A DNA stretch of 64,000 nucleotides from Azolla caroliniana (Eukaryota > Plantae > Polypodiophyta), in contig JBHGNT010000012.1 in the NCBI GenBank assembly GCA_043228905.1, positions 19,406,001 through 19,470,000 on the forward strand, read 5' to 3'. A program made the position numbers and the translations under genes. The notes beneath the pieces were generated by a model, which did not search any database, was not told where the DNA came from, and saw only the letters and a list, made by a program, of their open reading frames with translations. Shown here piece after piece: positions 33,544 to 46,023 of the stretch. Positions within the stretch are counted from its first letter, which is position 1. Each line of letters starts with the position of its first letter.

Positions 33544-36500
33544 AGCAGAACACAATTTCAAAATTATATCAAAACTCTGTACACACACTGTGCTAAGTAG
33601 CACTATTTATACAAGTCCTCTTGGGACTGACAGAAGTACCATGTACTTCAATGCTCACACGAGCATCTGACACTTACTACGAGACTATAGCTACCTAGTA
33701 GTCTATCCTATACTAGGCTTCCAATTGGACTTCCGGTTACGGATTGCACCCGGCCTCCACTGCTTGCCGGTTCGGTTGCTCACCGTAATACCGATCCATT
33801 TCGCCCGATCCGTCTCGCTTACCGGCTCTGGCTTATTCAGCCGATCCGACTCCGGTTGAGCTTGCCGCTCAACACTCCCCCTCAAGCTCAACCTTAGGTG
33901 GGGTCGTAGTGTCGACCTCTGTGGCAGTCGGTTCTTCCAACCGACTTCTCCTGGCGTCACTCCGCCTTGCTCGCTCTCCTCGTCCGGTCTAGTCCCGTTT
34001 GCTGCGACCCCTTTGGTTCTGCGCGCCTCGACCCTCTCGGTCGGCATGTCTGCTCAATAGGCCCATCTCAGCACTCACGTTGTTGTGACTCCGGCGCTTG
34101 CCGATCCGTCGGTTCTCCCACGATGGCATCGACTTCCGCTGTGTCCGTGTCCCCTTGGCCTTCAGTCGATCCGACTCATCCGGATCCATCTGTTGGTCCG
34201 AGTCAGCTGTCTCCGACTCGTTCCAGCTCTTGTCTGAATTGGTACACTCCGATTCGACTTCCGGCTTCAGGCCTCTCACCACATCGGACCACATCCGAGT
34301 CTTGGCCTTCTTCATGCTTCCCTCGGCTTCTTCAGCCGGTGAACCGAAATCGAATTCTTCATTCGACTCCGCATCATGGTCAGTACCGTCGTGATGACCT
34401 CCGCACAACATGCACTTCTCTTCCTAAGTGCACAACTCTTCTTCACAGCCGCTTGCTCCGACCTGTTCGGATGTGTCGACTTCCTTCGTCGACTCGGCTT
34501 CCGTCATCTTCTTGTCTCCTCTTCTTCCGGCTCTCCTCTTACTGACGGGTTCAACAGTTTTTTGGCCTTTGCCCGTTTCGGTAGAGAATTTGCCCTTGCT
34601 TCTCCCCCTCAAGTGCGGCACGTCGAGATGCTGAATACCAAGCATGTCGGTAAATTGCTGCAACTTGTCTGATCCGAGCGGCTTGGTGAAGATGTCGGCA
34701 ACTTGCCGATCCGTATGAACATACCGTAGGTCAACTTCACCGCTCAGGACCCGCTCACGCACGAAGTGGTAGTGCACCTCGATGTGCTTTGTGCGAGCAT
34801 GGAACACAGGATTCCTGGCGAGCTGCAGGCTGCTCATGTTATCGCAGTAAATCGGGATCGGGGTCGGTACCTCGATCCGCAAGTCTCGCAGCAGTCGCCG
34901 AAGCCAGATGGCTTCACAAGTGGCAACGGTAGCGGCCTGGTACTCAGCCTCAGTGCTTGACAAAGCCACTGTGGGCTGCTTCTTGCTGCTCCACGCAACG
35001 GCCGCGCTACCTATGGAGAACATGTATCCGGAAGTGGAGCGGCGATCAGACGCATCGTCGGCCCAGTCAGCATCTGTGTAACCGACAAGCTCTTCGGGTA
35101 TACCTCGCCAGTATAGCAGTCCCCGGTCCTTAGTGTCGCTGACATACCGTAATATTCGTTGCGCGCACTGAAGGTGCTCCACAGTCGGCTTCTGCATGAA
35201 CTGACTTACCATGCCGACCGGATAGCTGATGTCGGGTCGGGTGTTGGTTAAGTAGATCAGGCTTCCGACAACCTGTCGGAACCGTTTCTCATTGCAGGCC
35301 GGTCCGGAGTTGGGACGGAGCTTCTGGTTCCGGTCCAGGGGTGTGGAGATAGGTCTGCAATCCGTCATGCCGAACTTATACAGCATATTCAACACGTAAT
35401 GTCGTTGTGAGAGCAATATGCCATCGGGGGTTCGGATCACTTCGATCCCAAGAAAATAATGAAGGTCCCCCAGGTCTTTCATTTCGAATGCGTCCGACAA
35501 CTGGGACTTGACGCGGTTGATTTCGGGAAGACCCGGTCCGGTGATGACTAAATCATCCATATAGAAGAGTATACATACCGGACCGTCAGAGCCTTGCCGG
35601 ATGAACAGCGAAGAGTCCGACTTAGAGACAGCAAACCCCAGCTTACGCAACTGGTGCATGATCTTCACGTTCCAAGCTCGGGGGGCTTGCTTCAAGCCGT
35701 AAAGCGACTTCTTCAGTCGGCATACCGCCGATTTGTTCATCTCCGATTGAAATCCGGGGGGCTGAGTCATAAAGACTTCTTCTTCAAGCTCTCCTTGAAG
35801 GAAGGCGTTCTTCACATCCATTTGGTGAAGATGCCACCCCCTTGCCGCAGCAACCGCCAATACCACACGAACCGTCATCATCTTTGCCACAGGAGCGAAG
35901 GTCTCGTCGTAGTCGATTCCGTGGGTCTGTGCGTATCCCTTCGCCACTAACCGGGCTTTGTACCGGTAAATAGAACCGTCAGCGTTGTACTTGACCTTGT
36001 ACACCCACTTGCATCCGATCGGTTTATAGTGACGGGGAGGATCAACTAGGTCCCAAGTTTCGTTGGCATCAAGTGCCCGCATTTCTTCGTCCATAGCGGC
36101 ACGCCAATTTGCGTCCTTTGCCGCTTCTGCATAGCTCTCCGGCTCACGCACTTCTGTCACCTTAGTCATGTACGCATAATGATGCGCCATGTATTCATTG
36201 TACCCGTACCGCATGACGGGATCCTTCTGGCGGGTTGATCGGCGCAACGCACCATCACCTGATTTGAGGCCCTTCTTGGCCAGTTCGGTCTTCGTTGTCG
36301 AAGATCCGCCTTTCCCCTTTCCAGAGTCGGACACGCACCGATCCAACTCATCGTTGCCGGTTTTGAATTCCGGCATCTTCCTCTTCCCCTTCTCTTTGCG
36401 CGTGAACCGTTTCCTTGGTTCCTTACGCGGGGAGAGCACGGCAGAGTCTCCACCACTTGCCGTCTCATCATCCGACTGGTCCAACCGACTCAGTCGCTCG

Positions 36501-39044
36501 TTCGGTCCACTCAACCGTAACGATTCTGGACTCTCATCTTGAGTCTCGGCTTCATCATCCTCTGCCAGGGCTGATTCAGGCTCACTGGCCTGATCTTCCG
36601 GCATTGGGTCGGGATCGGAAGTCGAAGTCGGTACGGAGTACCAGGATGCCGACTCATTGAACTCGACATCCCGGCTAACTCGGACTTCCTTCGTCCGGGG
36701 GTTATAGCACTTATACCCCTTTTGCTCTTGAGCATAGCCGACTAGGATGCATTTTTCCGATTTTGCATCCAGCTTTCTCCGCTTCTGATCCGGCACATGC
36801 ACATACGCTATGCTGCCGAATATCCGAAGGTGTCTTAAGTTCGGCTTGCGCCCGAAATACAGCTCATGAGCTGACACCTTGTCACCAATGCGGTTTTGTA
36901 TGTAGACGGCCGTCCGGACCGCCTCCGCCCAGTAGAACCGGGGCATGCTCTTTTCCTCCAGCATTGCCCTTGCCGCTTCGACGAGTGTCCGGTTCTTCCT
37001 TTCGGCCACACCGTTTTGCTCCGGTGTGTATCTACAGCTGAACTCTCACCGAATTCCCTTCTGCTGCAGATAACTAGTGAATTGGCCGGAAAAATATTCC
37101 TTTCCGCCATCCGACCGAAGGCATTTGATCTTCCTCTCCGATTCCCGTTCCACCATCTTCTGGAGGCTTCGGAAACAGTCGAAGACTTCGCTCTTCCGCT
37201 CAATGAGGTAGATCCAAGTATGTCAAGTATAGTCGTCGATGAAGGAGACGAAGTACCGGCTCCCGCCAAGGCTTACACTTTGTGCCGGTCCCCACACATC
37301 CAAATGGATGAGATCGAGCTTGTTACAGCTCCGGTTCTGTTCGGTGGGGAATGGAAGCCGGTGTTGCTTCCCAAGTTGGCAGGCTTCACAAATTTCGGCT
37401 CTCCGGCCGTTGAACTTCAGCAAACCGACAACGACTTGTTTCGTTTGCAGGTCTTGAAGCCTCTGGTAGTTGACGTGGCCTATCCGCTTGTGCCACAGGT
37501 CGATGTCCGACTCGACCTTCTGTCGATTCGCGAACAGAGCGGTGTCAAAGTCATTGGTGTTGAGGATAAACATTCTCCCGTCTCTGTGCCCTTGCGCAAT
37601 GACTTCGCCCTCATCCTCAATGAAGCACCCGAGGTGCGTAAACCGCACCTGCATCCCCTGGTCGACAATCTGACCGACGGACACCAGGTTCTTCGTGATT
37701 GTCGGAACGTGTAATACGTTCATCAGCTTCCCTTTCTGTCCGACGTGGCTTAGAGGGACTTCTCCGACGTGCACGATTGGGTGAGGAGTGTCGTCTCCGG
37801 TTTCGACTACTCCTGGTTGATCCAGTTTCTCCAGAAAGGAGAACCACTCTTTGTGGCTCGTCATGTGGTTTGACACGCCAGAATCAACATACCACACTTC
37901 CTCCATTTTGGAAGTGGTCTTCTTCATTGAGTTTGCCTTGTGATTCATCACCAAGGCTGGCCCCTTACCGGCCTTTCCGGTTCCGGATCCTCCTGATCCG
38001 TTTGTGTAGTGCGAGTTTTGCCGGCCACCCTTACCGGTCTTGCCGGATCCGGATTTGTCCGAATCGGCATGCTTTCTCCAGCACTCGTTTTCCCTGTGGC
38101 CTTTTTTGCCACAATACTAGCATTCCGTAGCGGATTTGTCTTGCCGGCCTCCGGCACCGCCTTGACTCCCCCTGCTTGTGGAAGTCCCGGAACTATTGTC
38201 GGCACACTCATAGTGCCTTCGTTCCTGCTCTTGCCGGCCGCCTCCATTGCATGCTGACCCACCTCTTCCACCACGCCCACGGAGCCAATCCGTTCCCGTG
38301 TACAACATTTGGCTGTCTGGGGATGCACTAGTAGATGCACCGGCGTGGTTCTCCTCTACAAGGAGCATCGACTGTAAGTCGAAGAATGAGGGGGTATTCT
38401 CCCTTGTACACACCGCAGTCCGGAATGCTCCGAACTTGGACGCCAGGCCTCCGAGACATACCTACACCATCTCATCTTCCTCTACGGTAACATTGATAGA
38501 GGCGAGCGAGTCGCAAATTTCCTTTATCCGGCCCGTGTAGTCTGCCACGGACATGTTCTTCTGTCGAACATTGCTCAACTCCTGTCTGAGTTGCAGCTTC
38601 CGGGCAATGGTGCTTGCGGCGAAAACCTTTTTCAGGTTCCCCCAAGCATCCTTCGGTGTCTTGGCGTCACGGATGTGGCTGAGCAGCTGATCGCCGACAC
38701 TGGACGTGAAGCAGTACATCACCCTGCTTGCCGCCTGTTCCCATACCGGGAAGTCCTTGTGTGCCGAGTCGGGCGCCGCATCATTCGATCCTTCGACATA
38801 ACTCCAATACCCGTGTCCAAGTAGGTACTAGTGCATCTTGTAAGACCAAGATGCGTAGTTGCTCCTGTCGAGCTTCTCCACCAGGAGCGACGTAGCCATG
38901 CCTCTATCCATGTCTTCTACTGTGTCTGTTTTCGACCTGTTAGGGTTTTCTTCTCAAGAGTAAATGTCTGCAGCAGAGGTTCTCAACCCTCGCGCTCTGA
39001 TACCATGTGAACGTAAGTGTTTGCGGAAGCGTAAAACAGAGAAC

Positions 39045-39083
<39 letters not shown>

Positions 39084-39412
39084 CAGAACACAATTTCAAA
39101 ATTATATCAAAACTCTGTACACACACTGTGCTAAGTAGCACTATTTATACAAGTCCTCTTGGGACTGACAGAAGTACCATGTACTTCAATGCTCACACGA
39201 GCATCTGACACTTACTACGAGACTATAGCTACCTAGTAGTCTATCCTATACTAGGCTTCCAATTGGACTTCCGGTTACGGATTGCACCCGGCCTCCACTG
39301 CTTGCCGGTTCGGTTGCTCACCGTAATACCGATCCGTTTCGCCCGATCCGTCTCGCTTACCGGCTCTGGCTTATTCAGCCGATCCGACTCCGGTTGAGCT
39401 TGCCACTCAACA
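33464..39412 (-). mobile_element. Full-length Ty1/Copia element B2 (LTRs 33464-33874 and 39006-39412; TSD CTATC)
   Basis: CTATC at 33459-33463 and 39413-39417; PBS 38994-39005; PPT 33875-33885; LTRs differ by only about 4 substitutions plus a microsatellite. Confidence 0.97.
34424..38911 (-). pseudogene. B2 gag-pol with a few stops and frameshifts; IN C-part, RT and RH open as 34424-37009
   Basis: ATG 38911; [43 protein letters not shown]. Confidence 0.93.
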
Positions 39413-41172
39413 CTATCGAATCGCTGACTGTTCTCTTGTTTTTTTATTGACCAACAGTCGGAAATGTTGTTGCCGCCTTTCTGCACCGTGTGTAGAAGGC
39501 GTTCAACCGACCACTCCTTGATTTCGACCTTCGCTGATTGTCCCTCTTTCTCGGCTAACTAGTGTTGCGAGTGATTCTTTTGACTTGTTCTCTCGATCGA
39601 CTGGTTGGTCCGATCGGCTCAGTCAAGTGGTGGGATTTTGCCAATTTATCAATGGTGAGGCCCATCAATTTTTGCCAAATATCCTCAGTGAGGACTTGTC
39701 CGATCGTTTCGTCCAAATTGAGATTTGGACAACTATTAGCGAATGTCATGTAGAATACCTCCCAACTCATCAGCAAGCTTTAAAGGAGGGCAAGGACTTT
39801 AACTTCTTCTTTGAAGTTAATCCCTTAGGAGGAGAGCTCAGACAACACCCAATTGAAGGTGTTGATGTGGGAGGTCATTGGATCTATCTCTCTCATCTTC
39901 ATGTTGAATAACTGTCGAATCAGTATTAGCTTCGATGAGGAGGACTTTTTCTCATACACAACCTAAAGTTTCTCCCACAAAGAGAACACTATTGTCTCCT
40001 TTGCAATGTTGAAATAGACGTTCTCGGCCAAAAGCATCTGGATGGTTGACCTGGCTATCTCATCCATAGATAGTCATTCTTTAGTAGACATTGAAGCCGG
40101 CTTGGCACTGTGCCGAATGGCTTCAACCTGTCGTCGGATGATAAGCACTTCTTTCATCATCTCTTTCCATAGGGCGAAGTTCTTCCAGTCGAACTTCTGG
40201 ATTTCCACACTTGTGTCGGATTGTGTTGCCATTCTTTAGAAAGTAGATATCGCAAGCCTGGCCTTTTCTCTAAACCAGATTGGTTCTTTTCTCAAGATTT
40301 CTATTGTTCATTGCTGCCGAACAGCAAGGTCGTTCTTATACCACTTGTTGGTAAAGAAAGGATTGTGGAAGATTGTCGAGGACTTGTATGTTAGTGTACA
40401 GCAAACAACACAGATATACTAGATAGGAATATTCAAGCTCGAGATTATAAGAAGCAAGAAAGACAAGGTTAAGCTCTAATGGAAGCTTTGTATCTCTCTT
40501 CTATAAGACTCTCCCTCGTTACAATTACAGTTGGGCTTATATACTCAAGCCCTAACTTGAGAAAGTTTTCACACATAGGGATACAATTTGGAAGGAGTCG
40601 GCCTTTTATGCCAACAGCTTATTCCTAGTTGAAGCCCTCCACAACGAATGGATAACTCATTATAGTTGTATGTCTCAGTACTATTGCAACCACATTTGTA
40701 CTCCATATTCAGAAAATTACTTAAGGCAGTGATCGAAGATCAAGGTCAACTTCGGATATCTATGAACAAGGGAGGGAGATCTACAATCACATAAATGTGA
40801 AGACTCTCACTTATTGAAGATAAAACACTGTAAGTATTGGCCGAATATTGACCAAAATATGTGTCTTATGTTTCCTCAATGCATGAGAAATAGATTAACA
40901 CATCACACTTTTGAACTTCAAGCATATGAGGGCACAAAAATGTGACATGATTACCAAGTATTTGCAAGATTGTAAATGTCATCGAGAATTCCTAACAAGG
41001 ACATGATGTATGCCAGCAACAATAGGCATGTTCTTTGCAAGGCTACTTGAACATAAACCAAACTAATGCTAAAACTCCAAGCAATTAACCTTTTAATTGT
41101 CGTCTCATGAACTTCTAGGAAGTTCAAGGGGTTTATTTTTTAATTGTATGCATCTCCATTACAACTCTTTAC

Positions 41173-41416
41173 ATATCCTATTTAAAGACACCAAGTTGGA
41201 ATAGGTTTCTTGGTTAAGGTTGTTCAACAAAGACAAGGACTTATGTTCAACTTCGTTACATAATCTAACATCTAGAAAAATAGATGGGGTTTTAATCCAT
41301 GCTTGGGGTTCTATAAAAGTATGGTTTGCCTATCCTAGTTGTATAGTGTTGTCCAAGTGGAATCCATAAGTATGCATTACATCTATATACCAACTTGGTG
41401 TCTTTAAATAGGATAT
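41173..41416. mobile_element. MITE-like element with a perfect 27-bp terminal inverted repeat
   Basis: ATATCCTATTTAAAGACACCAAGTTGG (41173-41199) and its exact reverse complement (41390-41416); extra TIR copy at 41421-41445. Confidence 0.7.
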
Positions 41417-44400
41417 TCAAAACTTGGTGCTTTTAAATAGGATATCCCATTTTTGTTCAATTGTAAAACCATTACATGAGTACAGAAAACTTGGTAGCAC
41501 TACTTCGGTTCTAATAAGATAATCATTGCATACTAATTGGAGGATGAAAGGATAAGGATTGTGATTGAATAATGGGGAATTCGGACAAGACTTTATTCAT
41601 AACTTTAACAATAATGGTGTGGGAAAGATTAAATAAAAATTAAGTCATGCTAGCGTTGATGAATGTCACTCCAATAATGACGCCAAAATCATGTTGATTA
41701 TAGGTGCACTTACACTAAACTTACCTAAATTGCTAGATCTTATGTTTTCCATGGTTTTTAACTTTTCGAAGTGCAATTCTGTAACTTTTTATTAAATCCT
41801 TTTTATGGATTGGTTAATATAAAATATGCATTTTTGGAATGTGAACTAAGAATGTGACGTTTCTTATCTAAGTTCATTGTTAATATTTCTTTATGCACGA
41901 AAAAGACTAACATGATAACAAGTGCATTAGCAATCATAAATATTAAGATGAGTTTTGATTTCATGAAAGGGATAAGCACAATTTGTTCTTGATTCCTTAC
42001 CGAAAGTTATATACGCAAGAAGATTCTATTAGAATATAGAAAGTCAAGCAAGTCATGAGTAAAATGTGTTTGCAAGCAATAGATTTTGTCAACGGAGAAA
42101 ATGACATTACTAAGATTATTTTGCCATAACACATGTCCTCTTAGTATACTAGAGCCACAACTTCTAGTGGGCATTATTTCATTTGTGAAGTTTGACTATC
42201 GCTCCATGTAAGGACTAGACAATGGAGACCCTAGCGTGAGAAGGCACAATGACTTCATTCATTATTATCTCATCAGCCTGAAGAGCCAAGGCTCTCTCGA
42301 TTGTTTATTAATTTAGGTAATTAGGCAAAATGTGAAACCTTACGTGTTTCACACGTAAATACCTACCTTATTATTCCCACAGTAAGGATATTCATTAGTA
42401 TAACCTTCATGACCGTAAACACAAATGAGAAGCCACCTTGGAAAACCAAACCATCAAGTGCCCCTAGGAAGAATGACATCCACGATAAATGCATCATAAG
42501 TCAACTTCTTCGTTGCTTTAAAAAAATGTGAGCTAATATTACACGAGCGTAGGACAAAACTTTGATAAATACCCTTTTGCATATTTAAGTATTGAGGCAA
42601 ACTTTAATGTTTTTGGCATTTGCCTAGAACTAGTTTTATTGTTTTGTTTTTGTCTTACCATTCTTAATTTGTGTTCTTAGACATTGATTCTATGAACATA
42701 AGTTGATGATTATGAATATTATTTTTCTATATTCAAATGCCAGCTTCACAAATGAATGCAAAGGTTCCATGGCTTCGAATCGAAGGTTCGATGTGTCCTC
42801 CGTGATCCCGATCTTTCTCATACACCATCCTAGCCTTGAACTCCCTATTTGAAACTCGGTATTGAACTATAAAGGCTCACAGAAATCTTGCCCTTGACGT
42901 TTGTTCAACACACGTTAAAAACTTTTGCTATTCAAACCAACAGTGCTTTTTGAAGCCAACTAATCAATGAGCTTCCTTCCAATATCGATCTCCCAAGCGT
43001 TTGGAAAAGAATATTGTGCTAACAATTATGGAAAGAGATGATATTCGAGTTTGACACAGTTAACACATACGATGTAATCGGGGCTCAAAATTCTCCGATG
43101 CCACCTAGTGGTCCAAGTGAATCGTGGACTTTTCCCATTGACACTAATGTGTAGCGACTAGAGATTTCTTAGTTAAGCTTAGTATCTCCATGATGCATAG
43201 TAAAGAACAAAATGTTCTCTATTTCAACTTAGAGATGTCATGAAATGTATTAAATTATAAGCATGCTAAATTAAAGTTCGGCATAGAAAAAATGGTTATT
43301 AAACATGATTAATGCAACTTGGTGTGTAAGCTTATTAGAATCTCCAAAATAGTTTGTTTGCATATGCACGCAACTTTCAATTGAGTGGACATGCAAATAT
43401 ATTAGAGACTCATAGGAGTACATACGATAGGAGTTCAGCTTGATAACAAATTCAATAGGTATCGAGACTCATAGGAGTACATCGCAAAATAATAAGACCT
43501 ACAATTTCTACACATAAGCATCTTCATCCTCAAGGATAAGCCAAGCACAAATAGTTACATGAATATACACACATAGATAGATTATATATAAAAATATGCG
43601 TCCTTACCTTATGTAGTTTCTATATTTCATAATTCATACATTACTATTACTAGGAAAACAGGGGTTATGCACTTAAAGGCATGATTCTAGGTGATGGCCA
43701 ATGAAAACAATAAAGAAAGTGTAAACATGTCAATCTTTGTGGATGCAAGAATGTCTACTTTGAAAAACTATTGAGCTTGATTCCAAATGTAGATGAAGAA
43801 AGAAATGCATGTCAATCATTTGAGATGAGGACAACATGTTTGTATGTGAGTTTGAGATTTGTGATTAAGTTGGAGCATGAAGAAAATAGGGATCACGGAC
43901 TTCTTGAGTTACATTTTGTTGTCCCTCCCTCATATTATATATATGTAGCCCATGTTTTGCGCATAGTACGTAAAATTCGTGTTCATCTAGCATAACATTT
44001 GTTTTCCTACGTTGGAAAACGAATGTGAATGTTATTCAAACATTCTTGTGTTTTTCCCATTTTTTTATGTTTTTTATGTTTTTCTCCATTTTTTAGGCTT
44101 ATTTACCTCATAATAAATAGTTAATCCAAAAGTATGATATTTATCATTCTTTGAGGGTGTTTTTCTTTCGCGAATGATTGAAACATTCTCGAATGCGAAT
44201 GCACGTATGGTACATATGGTTCATACTATGGAACTTCAACTTTGCGGACACATGAGCTCATGAACAATGTCCATCCTTCAAATTTAACTGTATCTAAAAG
44301 ATTACAAAAACTTAGACTCGGCGTTGGGCATGCCAACTAAACCTACAGGTGCCCAAGGTTGTCGAACTTTTTGTCGGCCCCAAATTTTGTGGGCCAATGA

Positions 44401-45336
44401 TTTTGCACCACTTCAAAAGACTTAGATTCGGTAAGGTGACAATGACATTGAAGTAGGGAATAAGACAAGAAGTTTTTTGTCCTCCCCATATTTAATGCAC
44501 GATGAGTCTCGCTACATCGATTGTGTGGTGGAGATAGTCGGATACCGTTATGTTGTTTTTATTCACCTCACTTTTTTCACAGGAAGGAAGATTGTGGCAC
44601 ATGGGTAGCTCAGTGGGGGGGGGGGGGGGTGGATTGCCCATTGAACACCTGTTCTGTGCGAGCTGGGCTCAAGAGCGCGAGAAGTTGTGTTGCCAGCCCT
44701 AGGAATCGGCAATGCCTCAGTTCAAGCTTAAACGGAGGCCTTAAACCATTTTGAAATGGTTTGGTGGTTCGTCTCGCCTCCATTCTCGCTTGAGCTTCAC
44801 GAACCAGTTTGAGCTCTATTTGGCAAGGCTCAAGCTAAACCAAAACGGATGGGGCCGATTACAGCAGCTCGCGGGGGGGCATGTGTTAGTGTTTTCGGCG
44901 CGGGTGTTCTATTCGGCATACAAAAATGTTCAGGAGTTGTTGTCTAAGGGTTTTTGTGAGAGTTATCATATATGTCTGCGAATAGTTTTGTGCCAGGCTA
45001 ACTCGATCAAGATGTCTGGGGAGAGACGATATGTCCGGGCAGAGATGATATGTCCGGAGAGAGAGAGAGAGAGAGATGATATGGCCGGTCATGCAACGGG
45101 CGGGTCGAGTGCACGCGAACATGCACATGACACTCCTCTTAATGCAATGCTGACGCAGTTGATGATGCACGGAATCCAAGAGATTCCATAAGGCAAGCGG
45201 AGCTCTGCCTGAATCTCTCATTTGAAGGACCAAACCGAATCTTTTTTTGTTTTTGGAAGAGAAAAAAGAAAAAGAAAGAAGAAGTAAAGATTCCATTTCG
45301 CTCAAAAAGCACACATTTTGGCTTTCTACAGATTCC

Positions 45337-45343
45337 TATAAAA
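45337..45343 (+). promoter_or_regulatory. Candidate TATA box of the kinase gene
   Basis: CCTATAAAA about 680 bp upstream of the ATG, followed by an ATG-free region. Confidence 0.4.
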
Positions 45344-45678
45344 AAAGCAAAACGAAAAACAAAAGCTATTAATTAAGCACACTCGCTAATCACCAGACAC
45401 TCTGCTAATCACGAGATTAAGACTAATCACCTCCTCCCCCCCCGCTTACCACGAGATTAAGACCAATCATTCCCTGCCTAATCAGGAGAGGAACAATAAC
45501 CCGCAGATTATCAGTTGTGGCTAATCATCGCCTGCCTCGAACAGAGGATTAAGGCTATTAATTATCCTCTTCCCATCAGGGGATTAAGACCCAAGCCATT
45601 CTGTTACTCGGGAGATTAAGACTAATCACAGTCCTAACCACGAGATTAAGAACCAAACCATTCTACCGAATTGAGCCC

Positions 45679-45991
45679 TTCTAATCAATCAGGAGAATTA
45701 AAAGACATTCTAGCCACTCAGGAGAATAAAAAGCCATTCTAATCAATCAGCAGAATTAGAAGCCTTTCTAATAAATCAGGAGAATTAGAAGCCATTCTAG
45801 CCACTCAGGAGAATTAAAAGCCATCCTAATCAATCAGGAGAATTAAGCCATTCTAATCAATCAGGAGAATTAAAAGCCATTCTAGCCACTCAGGGGAATT
45901 AAAAGCCATTCTAATCAATCAGGAGAATTAGAAGCCTTTCTAATAACTCAGGAGAATTAAAAGCCATTCTCTAGCCACTCAGGAGAATTAA
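45679..45991. repeat. 29-bp minisatellite, 11 copies, immediately upstream of the kinase ATG
   Basis: Unit TTCTA(ATCAA/GCCAC)TCAGGAGAATTAAAAGCCA. Confidence 0.95.
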
Positions 45992-46023
45992 GCAAAGATT
46001 GAGCAAAGGAGCTGAAAGGGTTT

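Larger units (their letters stand above)
32719..40616 (-). mobile_element. Old degenerate Ty1/Copia element J (5' LTR 40346-40616, gag 39418-40233, PR and IN start 32719-33463), split by B2
   Basis: LTR TGTTGG...CCAACA; degenerate PBS GTTCTTATACCA 40332-40343; gag MATQSDTSVEIQKFD; protease WLLDSGATLHV near 33300-33330. Confidence 0.85.

Noticed and set aside
41450-44500. Possible decayed DNA-transposon remnants (CGAAT-rich patches, short duplication near 43405/43465)
   Set aside because: No termini, TSD or transposase motif could be supported by eye.
44606-44680. Perfect A box TAGCTCAGTGG next to a G15 run, as a tRNA or SINE
   Set aside because: No convincing B box or cloverleaf at the right spacing.
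44751-45314. ORFs of 146 aa (+) and 142 aa (-)
   Set aside because: No recognisable domain; they cross a (GA)n microsatellite and look like chance ORFs.
45679-45991. 29-bp direct repeats as a CRISPR array
   Set aside because: Head-to-tail units without unique spacers, no cas genes, eukaryotic context.
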